This document shows positions 49,276-58,588 of a stretch of 64,000 nucleotides of DNA, one piece after another. A program made the position numbers and the translations under genes. The DNA lies in contig JAGYKW010000007.1 of NCBI GenBank assembly GCA_018401275.1, positions 26,648 to 90,647 of the forward strand. Direction: 5' to 3'. The notes under the pieces are model-generated. The model searched no databases and had not been told where the DNA came from. It was given only the letters and a program-made list of their open reading frames with translations. The stretch is from Nitriliruptoraceae bacterium. Its GTDB lineage: Bacteria > Actinomycetota > Nitriliruptoria > Nitriliruptorales > Nitriliruptoraceae. The stretch's first letter is position 1. Every line of letters starts with the position of its first letter.

Positions 49276-51471
49276 TTATCGGACCGCGACGAACGCCAGG
49301 ACGAGGAGGATGACCCCCGCCACGAGCGCTCCCGCGTACCGCTGCACGTCGCCCGACTGGATGCGGCGCAGTCGTGCGCTCCACCAGGCGGCGCTGAAGG
49401 CGGCGCCGTTGACGCCGCCGTCGATGATTCGCTGGTCGACGACCGTGTAGGTCGTGCGCGCCAGTCGCATGGTCGTGGTGCCGATACCGGCCACCGCTCC
49501 GTCGATCACATCGTTCGAGATCCGCGTCGCCCAGGCGGACATGCGGTCCCTCACCGGCACCACGATGAAGCGGTAGCCGAAGCTGTCGAACCCGTACTTC
49601 GCGACGAGCACCCGGGTCAGGCCGCCCATGCGCATCATCGGGTCCTGCGCGGGCAGGCCGCGGCCGTAGAAGCGCCAGGCGAGCGCGACCGCCGAGCTGA
49701 ACACGACGAGCACGATGAGCAGCAGGTCCAGGTGCCAGGTCGGCGGACCGTGCAGGATCTTCGCGCTCGGCTCGGCCGCGGCGGCCGCGATGCCCGTGCC
49801 GGCGGCCGCGTACTCGGCGAGGAAGGGGTAGGTCGTCTCCGCGATGACCGTCGTCGACGTCCACGACTCGAAGTTGGGCTTCTCCTGCGCGAACGGCGAG
49901 CCGATGAGCCCGACCGCGATCGACAGGACCGCGAGGATCATGAGCGGCACGGTGATCTGCCGGCCCGACTCGTGCGGGTCCGCGTGGTGCGCCCCGTGGT
50001 CCGCGTGGTCGTCGTGCGCGTCGTGCGTCGTGCGCGTCGTGCGCGTGCGCGCGTCGTCGTCATGCGCGTCGTGCCCGTGCGCGTCGGCGTGGCCGGCGCC
50101 GCGGTGCTCGCCCATGAAGATGAGGAACCAGGCGCGCGCCATGTAGAAGGTCGTGACGAACGCGGCGGCCAGCCCGACCCAGTAGACGGCGGTCCCGGTC
50201 GCGAAGCCGTTGACCGCCCACAGGTCGCCGGCGACGAGGATCTCGTCCTTGGAGAAGAACCCGGCGGTCAGCGGGAAGCCGGCGAGCGCGAGCGACCCGA
50301 TGGTGAACGTCCAGAACGTGTGGGGCATGAAGCGCCGCAGGCCGCCCATGTCGGAGATGTTGTTCGAGTGGACGGCATGGATGAGCGAGCCGGCCCCGAG
50401 GAACAGCAGGGCCTTGAAGAAGCCGTGGGTGAAGAGGTGGAAGACCGAGGCCGTGTAGCCACCGACGCCGATCGCGGCGACCATGTAGCCGAGCTGCGAG
50501 ATGGTCGAGTAGGCGAGGATCTTCTTGATGTCGTCCTGCACGAGCGCGAGCAGTCCCCCGAAGAACAGCGTGATGACGCCGACGACGGCGATGACGGCCA
50601 TGACGGTCGCGGACTGCGCGAGCACGGGGAACAGGCGCGCGAGCAGGAACACGCCGGCGGTGACCATGGTGGCCGCGTGGATGAGCGCGGACACCGGTGT
50701 CGGGCCGGCCATCGCGTCGGGCAGCCACACGTGCAGCGGCATCTGGCCGGACTTGGAGATGCAGCCGACGAAGATGAGCAGCATGCCGAGCACGATCGTC
50801 GCGGTCGAGAGCTCGCCGGCGACGGCCGCGTCGATGGTCTGGAGGAAGTTGAAGGGCGTGTCGGTCAGACCGAACATGCCGGCGGAGAGCACGATGACCC
50901 CGACGATGAGGCCGACGTCACCGAACTTCGTCGTGAGGAACGCCTTGTTCGCGGCGTCCTGGTTCGACTTGTCCTCCCAGTAGAAGCCGATGAGGAGGAA
51001 CGAGCACAGACCGACGAGCTCCCAGCCGACGACGGCCTGCAGCGTGTTGTTCGCGATGACGAGGAACAGCATCGAGAACGTGAACAGCGACAGCATCGCG
51101 TAGTAGTAGGTGAAGCGCTTCTCGCCGTGCATGTACTCGCGCGAGTAGATCTGCACCATCGACGACACGAGCGTGACGAGCAGGAACATCATGGCCGTCA
51201 GCCCGTCGATGAGCATGCCGAGCTCGAGCACGAACCCGCCGCCCAGCGGCGACCACGCGTACGCGGCCTCGTAGGGAGCGGGGTCGACGGTCGTGAACGT
51301 CTCCCAGGCGATCGCGATGGCGATCAGCAGGCTCGTGAGGATCGCGCCGATGCCGATCTCGGCACCGTGCCAGGGCAGGCGACGCCCGAACGCGGCGATC
51401 GCGGCGGCGGACGCCAGCGGCAGCGCCGGGATCAGCCAGGCGCTCTGGATCAACAGGGACGGCTCGGTCAT
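49276..51471 (-). CDS. nuoL: NADH-quinone oxidoreductase subunit L (cluster 2) with a His/Asp-rich insertion
   Basis: ORF 49276..52206 trimmed to MTEPSLLIQSAWLIPALPLAS (ATG at 51471). 731 aa with KSGQMPLHVWLPDAMAGPTPVSALIHAATMVTAGV. The insertion reads HRGAGHADAHGHDAHDDDARTRTTRTTHDAHDDHADHGAHHADPHES. Confidence 0.92.
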   Translation of the reverse strand: MTEPSLLIQSAWLIPALPLASAAAIAAFGRRLPWHGAEIGIGAILTSLLIAIAIAWETFTTVDPAPYEAAYAWSPLGGGFVLELGMLIDGLTAMMFLLVTLVSSMVQIYSREYMHGEKRFTYYYAMLSLFTFSMLFLVIANNTLQAVVGWELVGLCSFLLIGFYWEDKSNQDAANKAFLTTKFGDVGLIVGVIVLSAGMFGLTDTPFNFLQTIDAAVAGELSTATIVLGMLLIFVGCISKSGQMPLHVWLPDAMAGPTPVSALIHAATMVTAGVFLLARLFPVLAQSATVMAVIAVVGVITLFFGGLLALVQDDIKKILAYSTISQLGYMVAAIGVGGYTASVFHLFTHGFFKALLFLGAGSLIHAVHSNNISDMGGLRRFMPHTFWTFTIGSLALAGFPLTAGFFSKDEILVAGDLWAVNGFATGTAVYWVGLAAAFVTTFYMARAWFLIFMGEHRGAGHADAHGHDAHDDDARTRTTRTTHDAHDDHADHGAHHADPHESGRQITVPLMILAVLSIAVGLIGSPFAQEKPNFESWTSTTVIAETTYPFLAEYAAAGTGIAAAAAEPSAKILHGPPTWHLDLLLIVLVVFSSAVALAWRFYGRGLPAQDPMMRMGGLTRVLVAKYGFDSFGYRFIVVPVRDRMSAWATRISNDVIDGAVAGIGTTTMRLARTTYTVVDQRIIDGGVNGAAFSAAWWSARLRRIQSGDVQRYAGALVAGVILLVLAFVAVR

Positions 51472-51479
51472 CGTCTCCC

Positions 51480-51791
51480 CTACCAGCGCATCGCGTCGAC
51501 GCGGTCGACATCGACCGACGCACGGTTGCGGAACAGGTTGAACACGATCGCGAGGCCGACACCGACCTCGGCGGCCGCGACGCCGATGATGAACAGCGCG
51601 AACATGTGGCCGCTCGCCGACACGTCCGTCGGGAACAGCAGGTTCTGGAACGCGACGAGGTTGATGTTCACCGCGTTGAGCATCAGCTCGACGCTGATGA
51701 GCACGAGCACGGCGTTGCGGCGGGCGATCAGCCCGTAGACGCCGACGCTGAACAGCAGCGTGGCGAGCAGCAGCGGACCGACGAGGCTCAT
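51480..51791 (-). CDS. nuoK: NADH-quinone oxidoreductase subunit K (cluster 2)
   Basis: 103-aa, 3-TM ORF with GLIARRNAVLVLISVELMLNAVNINLVAF. Confidence 0.93.
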   Translation of the reverse strand: MSLVGPLLLATLLFSVGVYGLIARRNAVLVLISVELMLNAVNINLVAFQNLLFPTDVSASGHMFALFIIGVAAAEVGVGLAIVFNLFRNRASVDVDRVDAMRW

Positions 51792-52396
51792 GCCCGCACC
51801 TCCCCTGCCGCACCGTCGGCCGACGCATCAGCGTCGTCGACGCCGTCGAGGTCGGGGTCGTCGGCGAGCAGGATCCGCGTGACGTCCTCGACCTCACCGG
51901 ACTCGCCGTCCTCGCGGCGCGACAGCACGATCGCGCCGACGAGCGCGGCGAGCAGCAGCATCGAGAGGACCTCGAACGGCAGGACCCAGTCGCGGAACAG
52001 CGCGAGGCCGATGTCGGCGGTGCGCGGACCGCCGACCGTGTCGACGCGCACGTCGCCGAACGCGGCGATGATGAGGCCGGACAGCAGCACGAACAGCGCG
52101 CCGGACACGCCGAGGGCGAGCCCGCGGTGGTCGCTGTCGAGCGCCTCGCGGCCGATCGGTGCGCGCGTGAGCATGAGACCGAAGAGGAACAGCACGGCGA
52201 CCGCACCCACGTAGACGACGAGCTGCACGAGCGCGAGGAAGTCGGCGCTGAGCACGAGGAACACGCCGGCGATGCCGGCGAGCGTCACGGCCAGGAACAG
52301 CGCCGCATGCACGAGGTTCGTCGAGGTCACGGTCTTGATCGCGGCCGCAGCGGTGATGAGGCCGACGACGGCGAAGATGAGGTCGAGGCCGGTCAT
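51788..52396 (-). CDS. nuoJ: NADH-quinone oxidoreductase subunit J (cluster 2)
   Basis: ORF 51788..52441 trimmed to MTGLDLIFAVVGLITAAAAIKTVTSTNLVHAALFLAVTL (ATG at 52396; ATGA overlap with the stop of the frame encoding the NuoI extension). Confidence 0.9.
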   Translation of the reverse strand: MTGLDLIFAVVGLITAAAAIKTVTSTNLVHAALFLAVTLAGIAGVFLVLSADFLALVQLVVYVGAVAVLFLFGLMLTRAPIGREALDSDHRGLALGVSGALFVLLSGLIIAAFGDVRVDTVGGPRTADIGLALFRDWVLPFEVLSMLLLAALVGAIVLSRREDGESGEVEDVTRILLADDPDLDGVDDADASADGAAGEVRA

Positions 52397-52878
52397 GCGC
52401 TCCCCTCCTCGAGCAGCTTCTGCTTCTCCTTGCGCACCCACGCGGCCTTGGCCTTGGCGCGGGCGATGCGCTCGTCCTTGCCCTCGGCGATCAGCCGGTC
52501 GAACGTCTCCTGGTCGATCTCACCCGAGCCTGCGACGTGCACGTCACCGAGCTTCTTCGGCGCGGCGTCAGGTGCAGCGGCCGGCGCGGCGGCGGCCTCA
52601 GGAGCGGGTGCGGCCTCGGCAGCAGGCGCGTCGGCGGCACCAGCAGCAGGCGCGTCCTCGGTGACCACCTCAGCGACCTCGGCAGGCGCCTCGGCGGCGA
52701 GTCGCGCCTTCTCCTTGCGGACCCATGCGGCCTTGGCCTTGGAGCGGGCGATGCGCTCGCTCTTGCCCTCGGCGATCAGCGCGTCGTAGGTCTCCTGGTC
52801 GACCTGGCCGCCCTCGACGTGGACCTCGGACTTCTTCGGCGCGGCCCCAGCCCCAGCCTTGGCCCCAGCGCTCCCGCG
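52393..52878 (-). other. Protein-like reading frame continuing NuoI in a different frame: Ala/Gly linker plus two ~50-aa Lys/Arg-rich repeats
   Basis: This is the C-terminal part of ORF 52393..53298: ...[62 protein letters not shown]...APKKLGDVHVAGSGEIDQETFDRLIAEGKDERIARAKAKAAWVRKEKQKLLEEGSA. There is no start codon near its 5' end, and it ends in an ATGA overlap with nuoJ. Confidence 0.7.
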
Positions 52879-53459
52879 CCAGCAGCGCCGGCCGCCGCAC
52901 CGGCTGCCCCCGCGCCCACGGCCGGGGCGGATGCGGCGAGCAGCGCCTTGTCGGACTTCGCGATCGCGTCGACGACCTCGGCGGGCGCGTCGGCACCGAC
53001 GTCGAGCATCGGCGGTGCGGGCACGGTGTCGGCCCACTCGCGCAGGCGGCCCATCTCGTGCAGCAGCCCGTCGATGGAGTACTCGGCGTACTCGAACTCG
53101 GGCGACCACCACAGCGCGTCGAACGGGCACACCTCGACGCAGATGCCGCAGTACATGCACAGCGAGAAGTCGATGGCGAAGCGGTCGAGGACGTTGCGCG
53201 TGCGCGAACGCCCACCTTCGGTCGCGGACGGCACCGACTCCTTGTGCGAGTCGATGTAGATGCACCAGTCGGGGCACTCGCGCGAGCACAGCATGCACAC
53301 GGTGCAGTTCTCGTCCATGAGCGCGATGACACCGCGCGTGCGCGGGGCGAGGTCGGGACGCTCGTGGGGATACATCTGCGTCACCGGTCGCTGACCGAGG
53401 TGCTTGATGGTGACGGCGAGGCCCTTGAGCAGGCCGGTCCCTGGGATCGTGCGGCTCAT
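52776..53459 (-). CDS. nuoI: NADH-quinone oxidoreductase subunit I (cluster 2), 2x[4Fe-4S] core as read in the assembled frame
   Basis: ORF 52776..53528 trimmed to [21 protein letters not shown] (ATG at 53459; ATGA overlap with the nuoH stop). It contains [12 protein letters not shown] and [12 protein letters not shown]. After about 52880 this frame turns into low-information Arg/Pro/Ser sequence, and the real continuation appears to be the 52393..52878 frame. Confidence 0.85.
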   Translation of the reverse strand: MSRTIPGTGLLKGLAVTIKHLGQRPVTQMYPHERPDLAPRTRGVIALMDENCTVCMLCSRECPDWCIYIDSHKESVPSATEGGRSRTRNVLDRFAIDFSLCMYCGICVEVCPFDALWWSPEFEYAEYSIDGLLHEMGRLREWADTVPAPPMLDVGADAPAEVVDAIAKSDKALLAASAPAVGAGAAGAAAGAAGAGALGPRLGLGPRRRSPRSTSRAARSTRRPTTR

Positions 53460-54541
53460 CCGGCCACCACCTTTCCGACGGCGACGACCGCGAGGTTCAC
53501 GAGCGAGAGCGGCACGAGGACCGTCCACGAGATGCGCTGCAGCTGGTCCTCGCGCAGACGCGGGTAGGCGACGCGCACCCAGATCATGACGAACACGAGC
53601 AGCATGATCTTGCCCAGCGTCACGCCCGCACCGAGCAGCACGCCGAGCGCACCGTCGGGCAGGTCGAGGCCCGGCAGCGGCTGCCAGCCGCCGAGGAACA
53701 GCACGACGGTCAGGCCGGACATCAGGATCATGCCGGCGTACTCGGTGAGGAGGAACATCGCGAACTTGATGCCGGAGTACTCGGTGATGTAGCCGAACAC
53801 GAGCTCGGAGTCACCGATGGGCATGTCGAAGGGCGGACGGGAGAGCTCGGCGAGCGCGGCGAGGAAGAAGATGCCGAACCCGAGCGCCTGCGGGAACACG
53901 TACCACATGCTGATGCCGGTGCCGAAGAGCTCGGAGCTCTGCTGCGCCTCGACGATGCCGACGAGCGAGAGCGTGCCGGCCTGCAGCGCGACGGCGACGG
54001 CGACGAGGATGAGCGGCAGCTCGTAGGCGATGAGCTGTGCGGCGGCGCGCAGGCCACCGATGAGCGAGAACTTGTTGGCGCTCGCCCAGCCGGCCATCAT
54101 GATGCCGAGCACGCCGACCGACGAGATGGCGAGCACGTAGAACAGGCCGAGCTCGAGGTCGAGGGCGAACAGGCCGGGGGCGAGCGGGATGACGGCGAAG
54201 GACAGCAGCGTCGCGACGAGGCCGATCGCGGGCGCCATCGCGAAGACCTTGCGGTCCGCGGCGCCCGGGATGATGTCCTCCTTCTGGATGAACTTGATGC
54301 CGTCAGCGACGAGCTGCAGCGAGCCGGCCGGTCCGGCCTCGACGGGCCCACGACGGTTCTGCAGGCGCGCCATGCCCTTGTGCTCGAGGTAGCCGCCGAC
54401 GAGCGGCACGACGAGGAACATGACGGTGATGAACGCGATCTTGAGCAGCAGCGACACGACGGTGCCACCGGTGTCGAGCAGCGACTCGGCCGGTGCGAAC
54501 ACGGGCAGCAGGGTCGCGACGGGGGCGATCACGGTCGTCAT
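53456..54541 (-). CDS. nuoH: NADH-quinone oxidoreductase subunit H (cluster 2)
   Basis: ORF 53456..54673 trimmed to [20 protein letters not shown] (ATG at 54541; ATGA overlap with the nuoD stop). It contains [33 protein letters not shown] and [17 protein letters not shown]. Confidence 0.93.
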   Translation of the reverse strand: MTTVIAPVATLLPVFAPAESLLDTGGTVVSLLLKIAFITVMFLVVPLVGGYLEHKGMARLQNRRGPVEAGPAGSLQLVADGIKFIQKEDIIPGAADRKVFAMAPAIGLVATLLSFAVIPLAPGLFALDLELGLFYVLAISSVGVLGIMMAGWASANKFSLIGGLRAAAQLIAYELPLILVAVAVALQAGTLSLVGIVEAQQSSELFGTGISMWYVFPQALGFGIFFLAALAELSRPPFDMPIGDSELVFGYITEYSGIKFAMFLLTEYAGMILMSGLTVVLFLGGWQPLPGLDLPDGALGVLLGAGVTLGKIMLLVFVMIWVRVAYPRLREDQLQRISWTVLVPLSLVNLAVVAVGKVVAG

Positions 54542-55719
54542 CGGTCGATGTCCCCCACGACGAAGAACACGGAGCCGAGGATCGAGATCGCGTCGGGCAG
54601 CAGCTGGCCCTGCACGAGGTACGGGATCGCCTGCACGTTGGAGAACGACGGGGTGCGCATCTTGAGGCGCCACGGGGTGCGGCCGCCGTCCGACTCGAGC
54701 CAGTAGCCGAGCTGGCCGAGCGGGTTCTCGGTGCGCACGTACGTCGCGCCCTCGGGAGCCTTGACCATCTTCGGCAGCTTCTGGTTGACCGGACCGGACG
54801 TCATGTGGTCGTGGATCTGGTCGATGATGTCGAGCGACACGCGGATGCGCCCGAGCAGCACCGCGAAGCGGTCGTACGCGTCACCGTTGCGGCCGACGGG
54901 GACCTCGACGTCGATGTCGCCGTACTTCAGGTACGGCTCGGTGACGCGCGAGTCCTCCGCGAGTCCGGTCGCGTGCAGCGCCGGTCCGGTCACGCCGAGT
55001 GAGAGCGCGACGTCGGTGGGCAGCGGGCCGATGTCGACGGTGCGGCCGCGGAAGATCTCGTTGCCGAGCACGAGGTCGTCGTAGTCGGGCATGCGACTGC
55101 GCGTCAGCTTCGACACGCGGGCCGACTCGGCGAGGAAGCCGCGCGGCAGGTCGATCTTGACGCCACCGACCTGGTTGTAGGTGAAGTGGAGGCGGCCGCC
55201 GGTCGCGGACTCCATGAGGTGCTGGATGTCCTCGCGCTCACGGAAGGCGTAGAACATCGGGGTGATCGCGCCGAGCTCGAGCGCGAACGAGCCGATGAAC
55301 ATGAGGTGGTTGAGGATCCGGTTCCACTCGGCCATGAGCATGCGGATCCACTGCGCACGCTCGGGGACCTCCATCTCGAGCATCTGCTCGACGGCGAGCG
55401 CGACGCCCAGCTCGTTGGAGAACCCGGAGAGCCAGTCGTGCCGGTTGACGAGCGCCATGATCTGGCGGTAGTCGCGGTACTCGGCGAGCTTCTCGAAGCC
55501 GCGGTGCATGTACCCGATGACCGGCTTCGCACGCAGGATGCGCTCGCCGTCCATCTCGAACACGACACGGAACACGCCGTGCGTGGCGGGGTGCGCCGGG
55601 CCGATCGACAGCGACATGTCGGCGGTGACGAGGTCACCGTCACCGACCAGCTCGATGGCCAGGCCCTCACCGGGCGCGGTGCCCTGGAGGAGCTGCTCGC
55701 GGACGTCGAGGTCGCTCAT
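54538..55719 (-). CDS. nuoD: NADH-quinone oxidoreductase subunit D (cluster 2)
   Basis: 393-aa ORF with SIGPAHPATHGVFRVVFEMDGERILRAKPVIGYMHRGFEKL and C-terminal [13 protein letters not shown]. It is followed directly by nuoH, so no nuoE/F/G is present. Confidence 0.95.
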   Translation of the reverse strand: MSDLDVREQLLQGTAPGEGLAIELVGDGDLVTADMSLSIGPAHPATHGVFRVVFEMDGERILRAKPVIGYMHRGFEKLAEYRDYRQIMALVNRHDWLSGFSNELGVALAVEQMLEMEVPERAQWIRMLMAEWNRILNHLMFIGSFALELGAITPMFYAFREREDIQHLMESATGGRLHFTYNQVGGVKIDLPRGFLAESARVSKLTRSRMPDYDDLVLGNEIFRGRTVDIGPLPTDVALSLGVTGPALHATGLAEDSRVTEPYLKYGDIDVEVPVGRNGDAYDRFAVLLGRIRVSLDIIDQIHDHMTSGPVNQKLPKMVKAPEGATYVRTENPLGQLGYWLESDGGRTPWRLKMRTPSFSNVQAIPYLVQGQLLPDAISILGSVFFVVGDIDR

Positions 55720-56597
55720 GCCTGCTCCTCCGGCGTCTCGTCGGCGGCACGTTCGGCGGCCTTGCGGGCGCGCGCCTCGGCCTGCGCGCGGCGCTGCTCG
55801 TCGGCCGTGCGCGCAGCGTCGGCGGCGGCGGCGGGGTCGGTGCTCGCGGCGGTCCCGCTGGCCGGCGCGCTCGCCTCGGGCATGGTCGCGTCGCTCACGG
55901 TCGGCTCGGCGGACGCGACGGCGGCCTCGTTGCCGGCGGCCGCATCGATCGCGGCGCTCACCTGGCGCAGCGCGATCGCCTGTGCGGCCATCGCCTCGTC
56001 GAGCACGTACGGCCCTGGCGCGTCACCGATCCCGGGGACGCGCTCGATGACGTTGCCGTCCTCGTCGAGCTCCGCCGGCTCCTTCACGCCCGGCCACGGC
56101 TTCGCGACGCGGGAGGCGAGGTGGAAGTCCTTGCGCAGCGGCCAGCCCTCGAAGTTCTCGACGGTGAGGATGCGCGGCTCGAGGGCGGGGTGTCCGGGGA
56201 ACTCGATGCCGAACATGTCCCACGTCTCGCGCTCCATCCAGTTCGCGCCGCGGTAGACGTCGTTGAGCGACGGGCAGACGGGCGTATCGCGGCCGCCCTC
56301 GCAGCGGGTGCGCAGGCACAGCCGGTTGCCCGTCGACGTCGAGTAGAGGATGGCGACGACGTCGAACCCGTCCTCGCGCGCGTCGACGCCGTGGAGCGTG
56401 TCGAACAGGTCGAAGTCGAGCAGCGGCTCGTCGCGGCAGCGCGTGAAGGTGTCCACCCATGCGGAGGGGGCGACGTGCACGGTGAACATGCGGTGCGCGA
56501 GCGTCGATCCGATGATGCCGTCGCCCAGCCGATCGCGCAGCAGCGCCTCGGTCTCCTCGGGCGTGAGCGCCCGGTCACGACGTGCGAGCACGCTCAT
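55716..56597 (-). CDS. nuoC: NADH-quinone oxidoreductase subunit C (cluster 2), Ala-rich C-terminal tail
   Basis: 293-aa ORF with [32 protein letters not shown]. The tail [18 protein letters not shown]...[25 protein letters not shown] follows. Confidence 0.92.
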   Translation of the reverse strand: MSVLARRDRALTPEETEALLRDRLGDGIIGSTLAHRMFTVHVAPSAWVDTFTRCRDEPLLDFDLFDTLHGVDAREDGFDVVAILYSTSTGNRLCLRTRCEGGRDTPVCPSLNDVYRGANWMERETWDMFGIEFPGHPALEPRILTVENFEGWPLRKDFHLASRVAKPWPGVKEPAELDEDGNVIERVPGIGDAPGPYVLDEAMAAQAIALRQVSAAIDAAAGNEAAVASAEPTVSDATMPEASAPASGTAASTDPAAAADAARTADEQRRAQAEARARKAAERAADETPEEQA

Positions 56598-57172
56598 CCG
56601 CCGCTCCCGAGCTCGGCCGGCGCGGCGGTGTGCAGCGACTGCGCGTCGAGCGCCATGCCGGCCTCGGCGCCGATGTTGGCGGGGTCACGGCGGACGGCGG
56701 CGATGCGGTCCTTGAGCGACTCGCCCTGGATGCGGTCCTGCAGCTTCATGATGCCGTCGAGCAGCGCCTCGGGACGCGGCGGGCAGCCGGGCACGTACAC
56801 GTCGACGGGGATGATCTGGTCGACGCCCTTGGTGACCGAGTACGAGTCCCAGTACGGGCCGCCGCAGTTCGAGCACGAGCCGAACGAGATGACGTACTTC
56901 GGCTCGGGCATCTCGTCGTAGAGGCGCTTGACGGCCGGCGCCATCTTGTCGGTGAGCGTGCCGGACACGACGAGCAGGTCGGCCTGGCGCGGACCGTGCG
57001 CGAACGGGATGACGCCGTGGCGGATGAAGTCGTGACGGGACGTGGACGCGGCGATGAACTCGATGGCGCAGCACGCCAGACCGAAGTTGAAGCACCACAG
57101 CGAGTACTTGCGGCCCCAGTTGAACACGTACTTCACGGGCTTGGGGAGCTCGACCTGATCCATCAGTCCCAT
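56594..57172 (-). CDS. nuoB: NADH-quinone oxidoreductase subunit B (cluster 2)
   Basis: ORF 56594..57412 trimmed to [39 protein letters not shown] (ATG at 57172; ATG at 57163 is an alternative). N2-cluster cysteines lie in [16 protein letters not shown] and GCPPRPE. Confidence 0.92.
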   Translation of the reverse strand: MGLMDQVELPKPVKYVFNWGRKYSLWCFNFGLACCAIEFIAASTSRHDFIRHGVIPFAHGPRQADLLVVSGTLTDKMAPAVKRLYDEMPEPKYVISFGSCSNCGGPYWDSYSVTKGVDQIIPVDVYVPGCPPRPEALLDGIMKLQDRIQGESLKDRIAAVRRDPANIGAEAGMALDAQSLHTAAPAELGSGG

Positions 57173-57546
57173 CGCAGGACCCCCTTGCGCCAGGCGTAGG
57201 CCAGCCCCTCGAGCAGCGTCCCGATGAAGAGGAACATCGCGACGAGCGCGTACAGGGCGGACGGTGTGGTCGTCGGACCGAGGTCGTTGAAGATCACGGC
57301 CCACGGGAACAGGAAGATCGCCTCGACGTCGAAGATGACGAACAGGAAGGCGAACACGTAGTACCGGATGTTCATCTGCGACCAGCCGGACCCGACCGCC
57401 TCGACGCCGCACTCGTAGGTGGAGAGCTTGAGGGGGCTGGGGACACTGGGCCGCATCAGCCGGTTCAGCAGCATGATGATCGCGTAGAGCACCGCGCCGA
57501 ACACGAGCATGACCGCGACGGTGCCGTACTGGCCGCCGAGCGTCAC
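57163..57546 (-). CDS. nuoA: NADH-quinone oxidoreductase subunit A (cluster 2)
   Basis: This is the lower part of ORF 57163..58407. Start at GTG 57546 (or 57549), after AGGGAGG. The sequence is ...[81 protein letters not shown]. Confidence 0.88.
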   Translation of the reverse strand: MTLGGQYGTVAVMLVFGAVLYAIIMLLNRLMRPSVPSPLKLSTYECGVEAVGSGWSQMNIRYYVFAFLFVIFDVEAIFLFPWAVIFNDLGPTTTPSALYALVAMFLFIGTLLEGLAYAWRKGVLRWD

Positions 57547-57671
57547 CACGGACCTCCCTGTGCTCGCAGATCCCGGCGTGAGCGGGTTCGCAGGACGTCG
57601 GACGGGCGGCTCAGGGGCCGCAGAACGGTGTGAAGCGTAGCAAGCACGCAGACCTGCTCCGGCGGGCCGCC

Positions 57672-58407
57672 TCAGGCGGGCAGGCGCCAGTCGACAGGTG
57701 CCGCCCCGGCAGCATCGAGCAGCGCGTTCACGCGCGTGAACGGGCGCGAACCGTGGAACCCGCGGTGCGCGGACAGCGGACTCGGATGCGGTGCGCTCAG
57801 GACCTGCGCACCGCCCGCGCGCAGCCGTGGCGCGAGCGTCTGCGCGTCGCGGCCCCACAGCAGCGCGACGAGCGGGGTCCCGGCCGCGGCGTGGTGGGCG
57901 ATCAGGCCGTCGACGATGGCGTCGGTGACCTGCTCCCAGCCCCAGCCTCGGTGCGAGCCCGCTTCGCCGTGCGACACCGTCAGCACCCGGTTGAGCAGCA
58001 GCACGCCCTGTGCGACCCAGGCACTGAGGTCCCCGTGGGTCGGGCGGGGCAGGCCGAGGTCCGCCTCGTACTCGGTGAGCAGGTTGCGCAGGCTGCCGGG
58101 CAGCGGCCGCACGCTGCGGTCGACGGCGAACGCGAGCCCGATCGCGTGCCCCGGGGTCGGGTAGGGGTCCTGCCCGACGACGAGCACCCGGACCGAGGCC
58201 AGCGGCATCGCGAGCGCGGCGAACACGCGGTCCCGCAGCCGGGGCGAAGGAGCGGCCGGCGGCCTGCTCGGCGCGCAGCCGGTCCTCGAGCTGCGCGATC
58301 GTGTCGGCGACGGGGGCGAGCACGTCGCTCCAGCCGGTGCCCACGACGTCACCGACGAGCGATGCGCGGCGGTCGACGGTGTCCGGACCGTTCACCGCCG
58401 GGCTCAC
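57672..58407 (-). pseudogene. ung: Family-1 uracil-DNA glycosylase with one frame break near its 5' end
   Basis: The core is in ORF 57672..58352 ([50 protein letters not shown]). The N-terminal helix region [32 protein letters not shown] is in the frame of ORF 57163..58407. The switch lies at about 58240-58250, and the span is 736 nt (3n+1). Confidence 0.8.
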
Positions 58408-58588
58408 CCCAGCCGGTCGAGCGCGTAGTGCGTCGAGGATCTCGGATCAGCCGACGAATCACGTGCCCTCATCCCACAATCCCTGCTCGCGCTGACCTGC
58501 TTCACCTATGACGGGTCGCAGTCGGCGGCGTGCCAGCTCCGGGCTCTCGATCAGCAGTTCCAGCGGCTCGTGCCGGCAGCGACGAACA

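Noticed and set aside
46081-51738. Several 650-870-aa ORFs (46081..48039 minus-strand alternate frame; 47049..49313 and 49114..51738 plus strand) overlapping nuoL/M/N
   Set aside because: These are alternate or antisense frames of polytopic membrane protein genes. Their translations are Arg/Asp/His/Glu/Gly-rich with no hydrophobic segments or motifs.
52860-52890. Programmed ribosomal frameshift or transcriptional slippage joining the NuoI core to its extension
   Set aside because: There is no slippery heptamer, no long homopolymer and no obvious downstream pseudoknot at the junction. A 1-nt indel, biological or from the assembly, is the simpler explanation.
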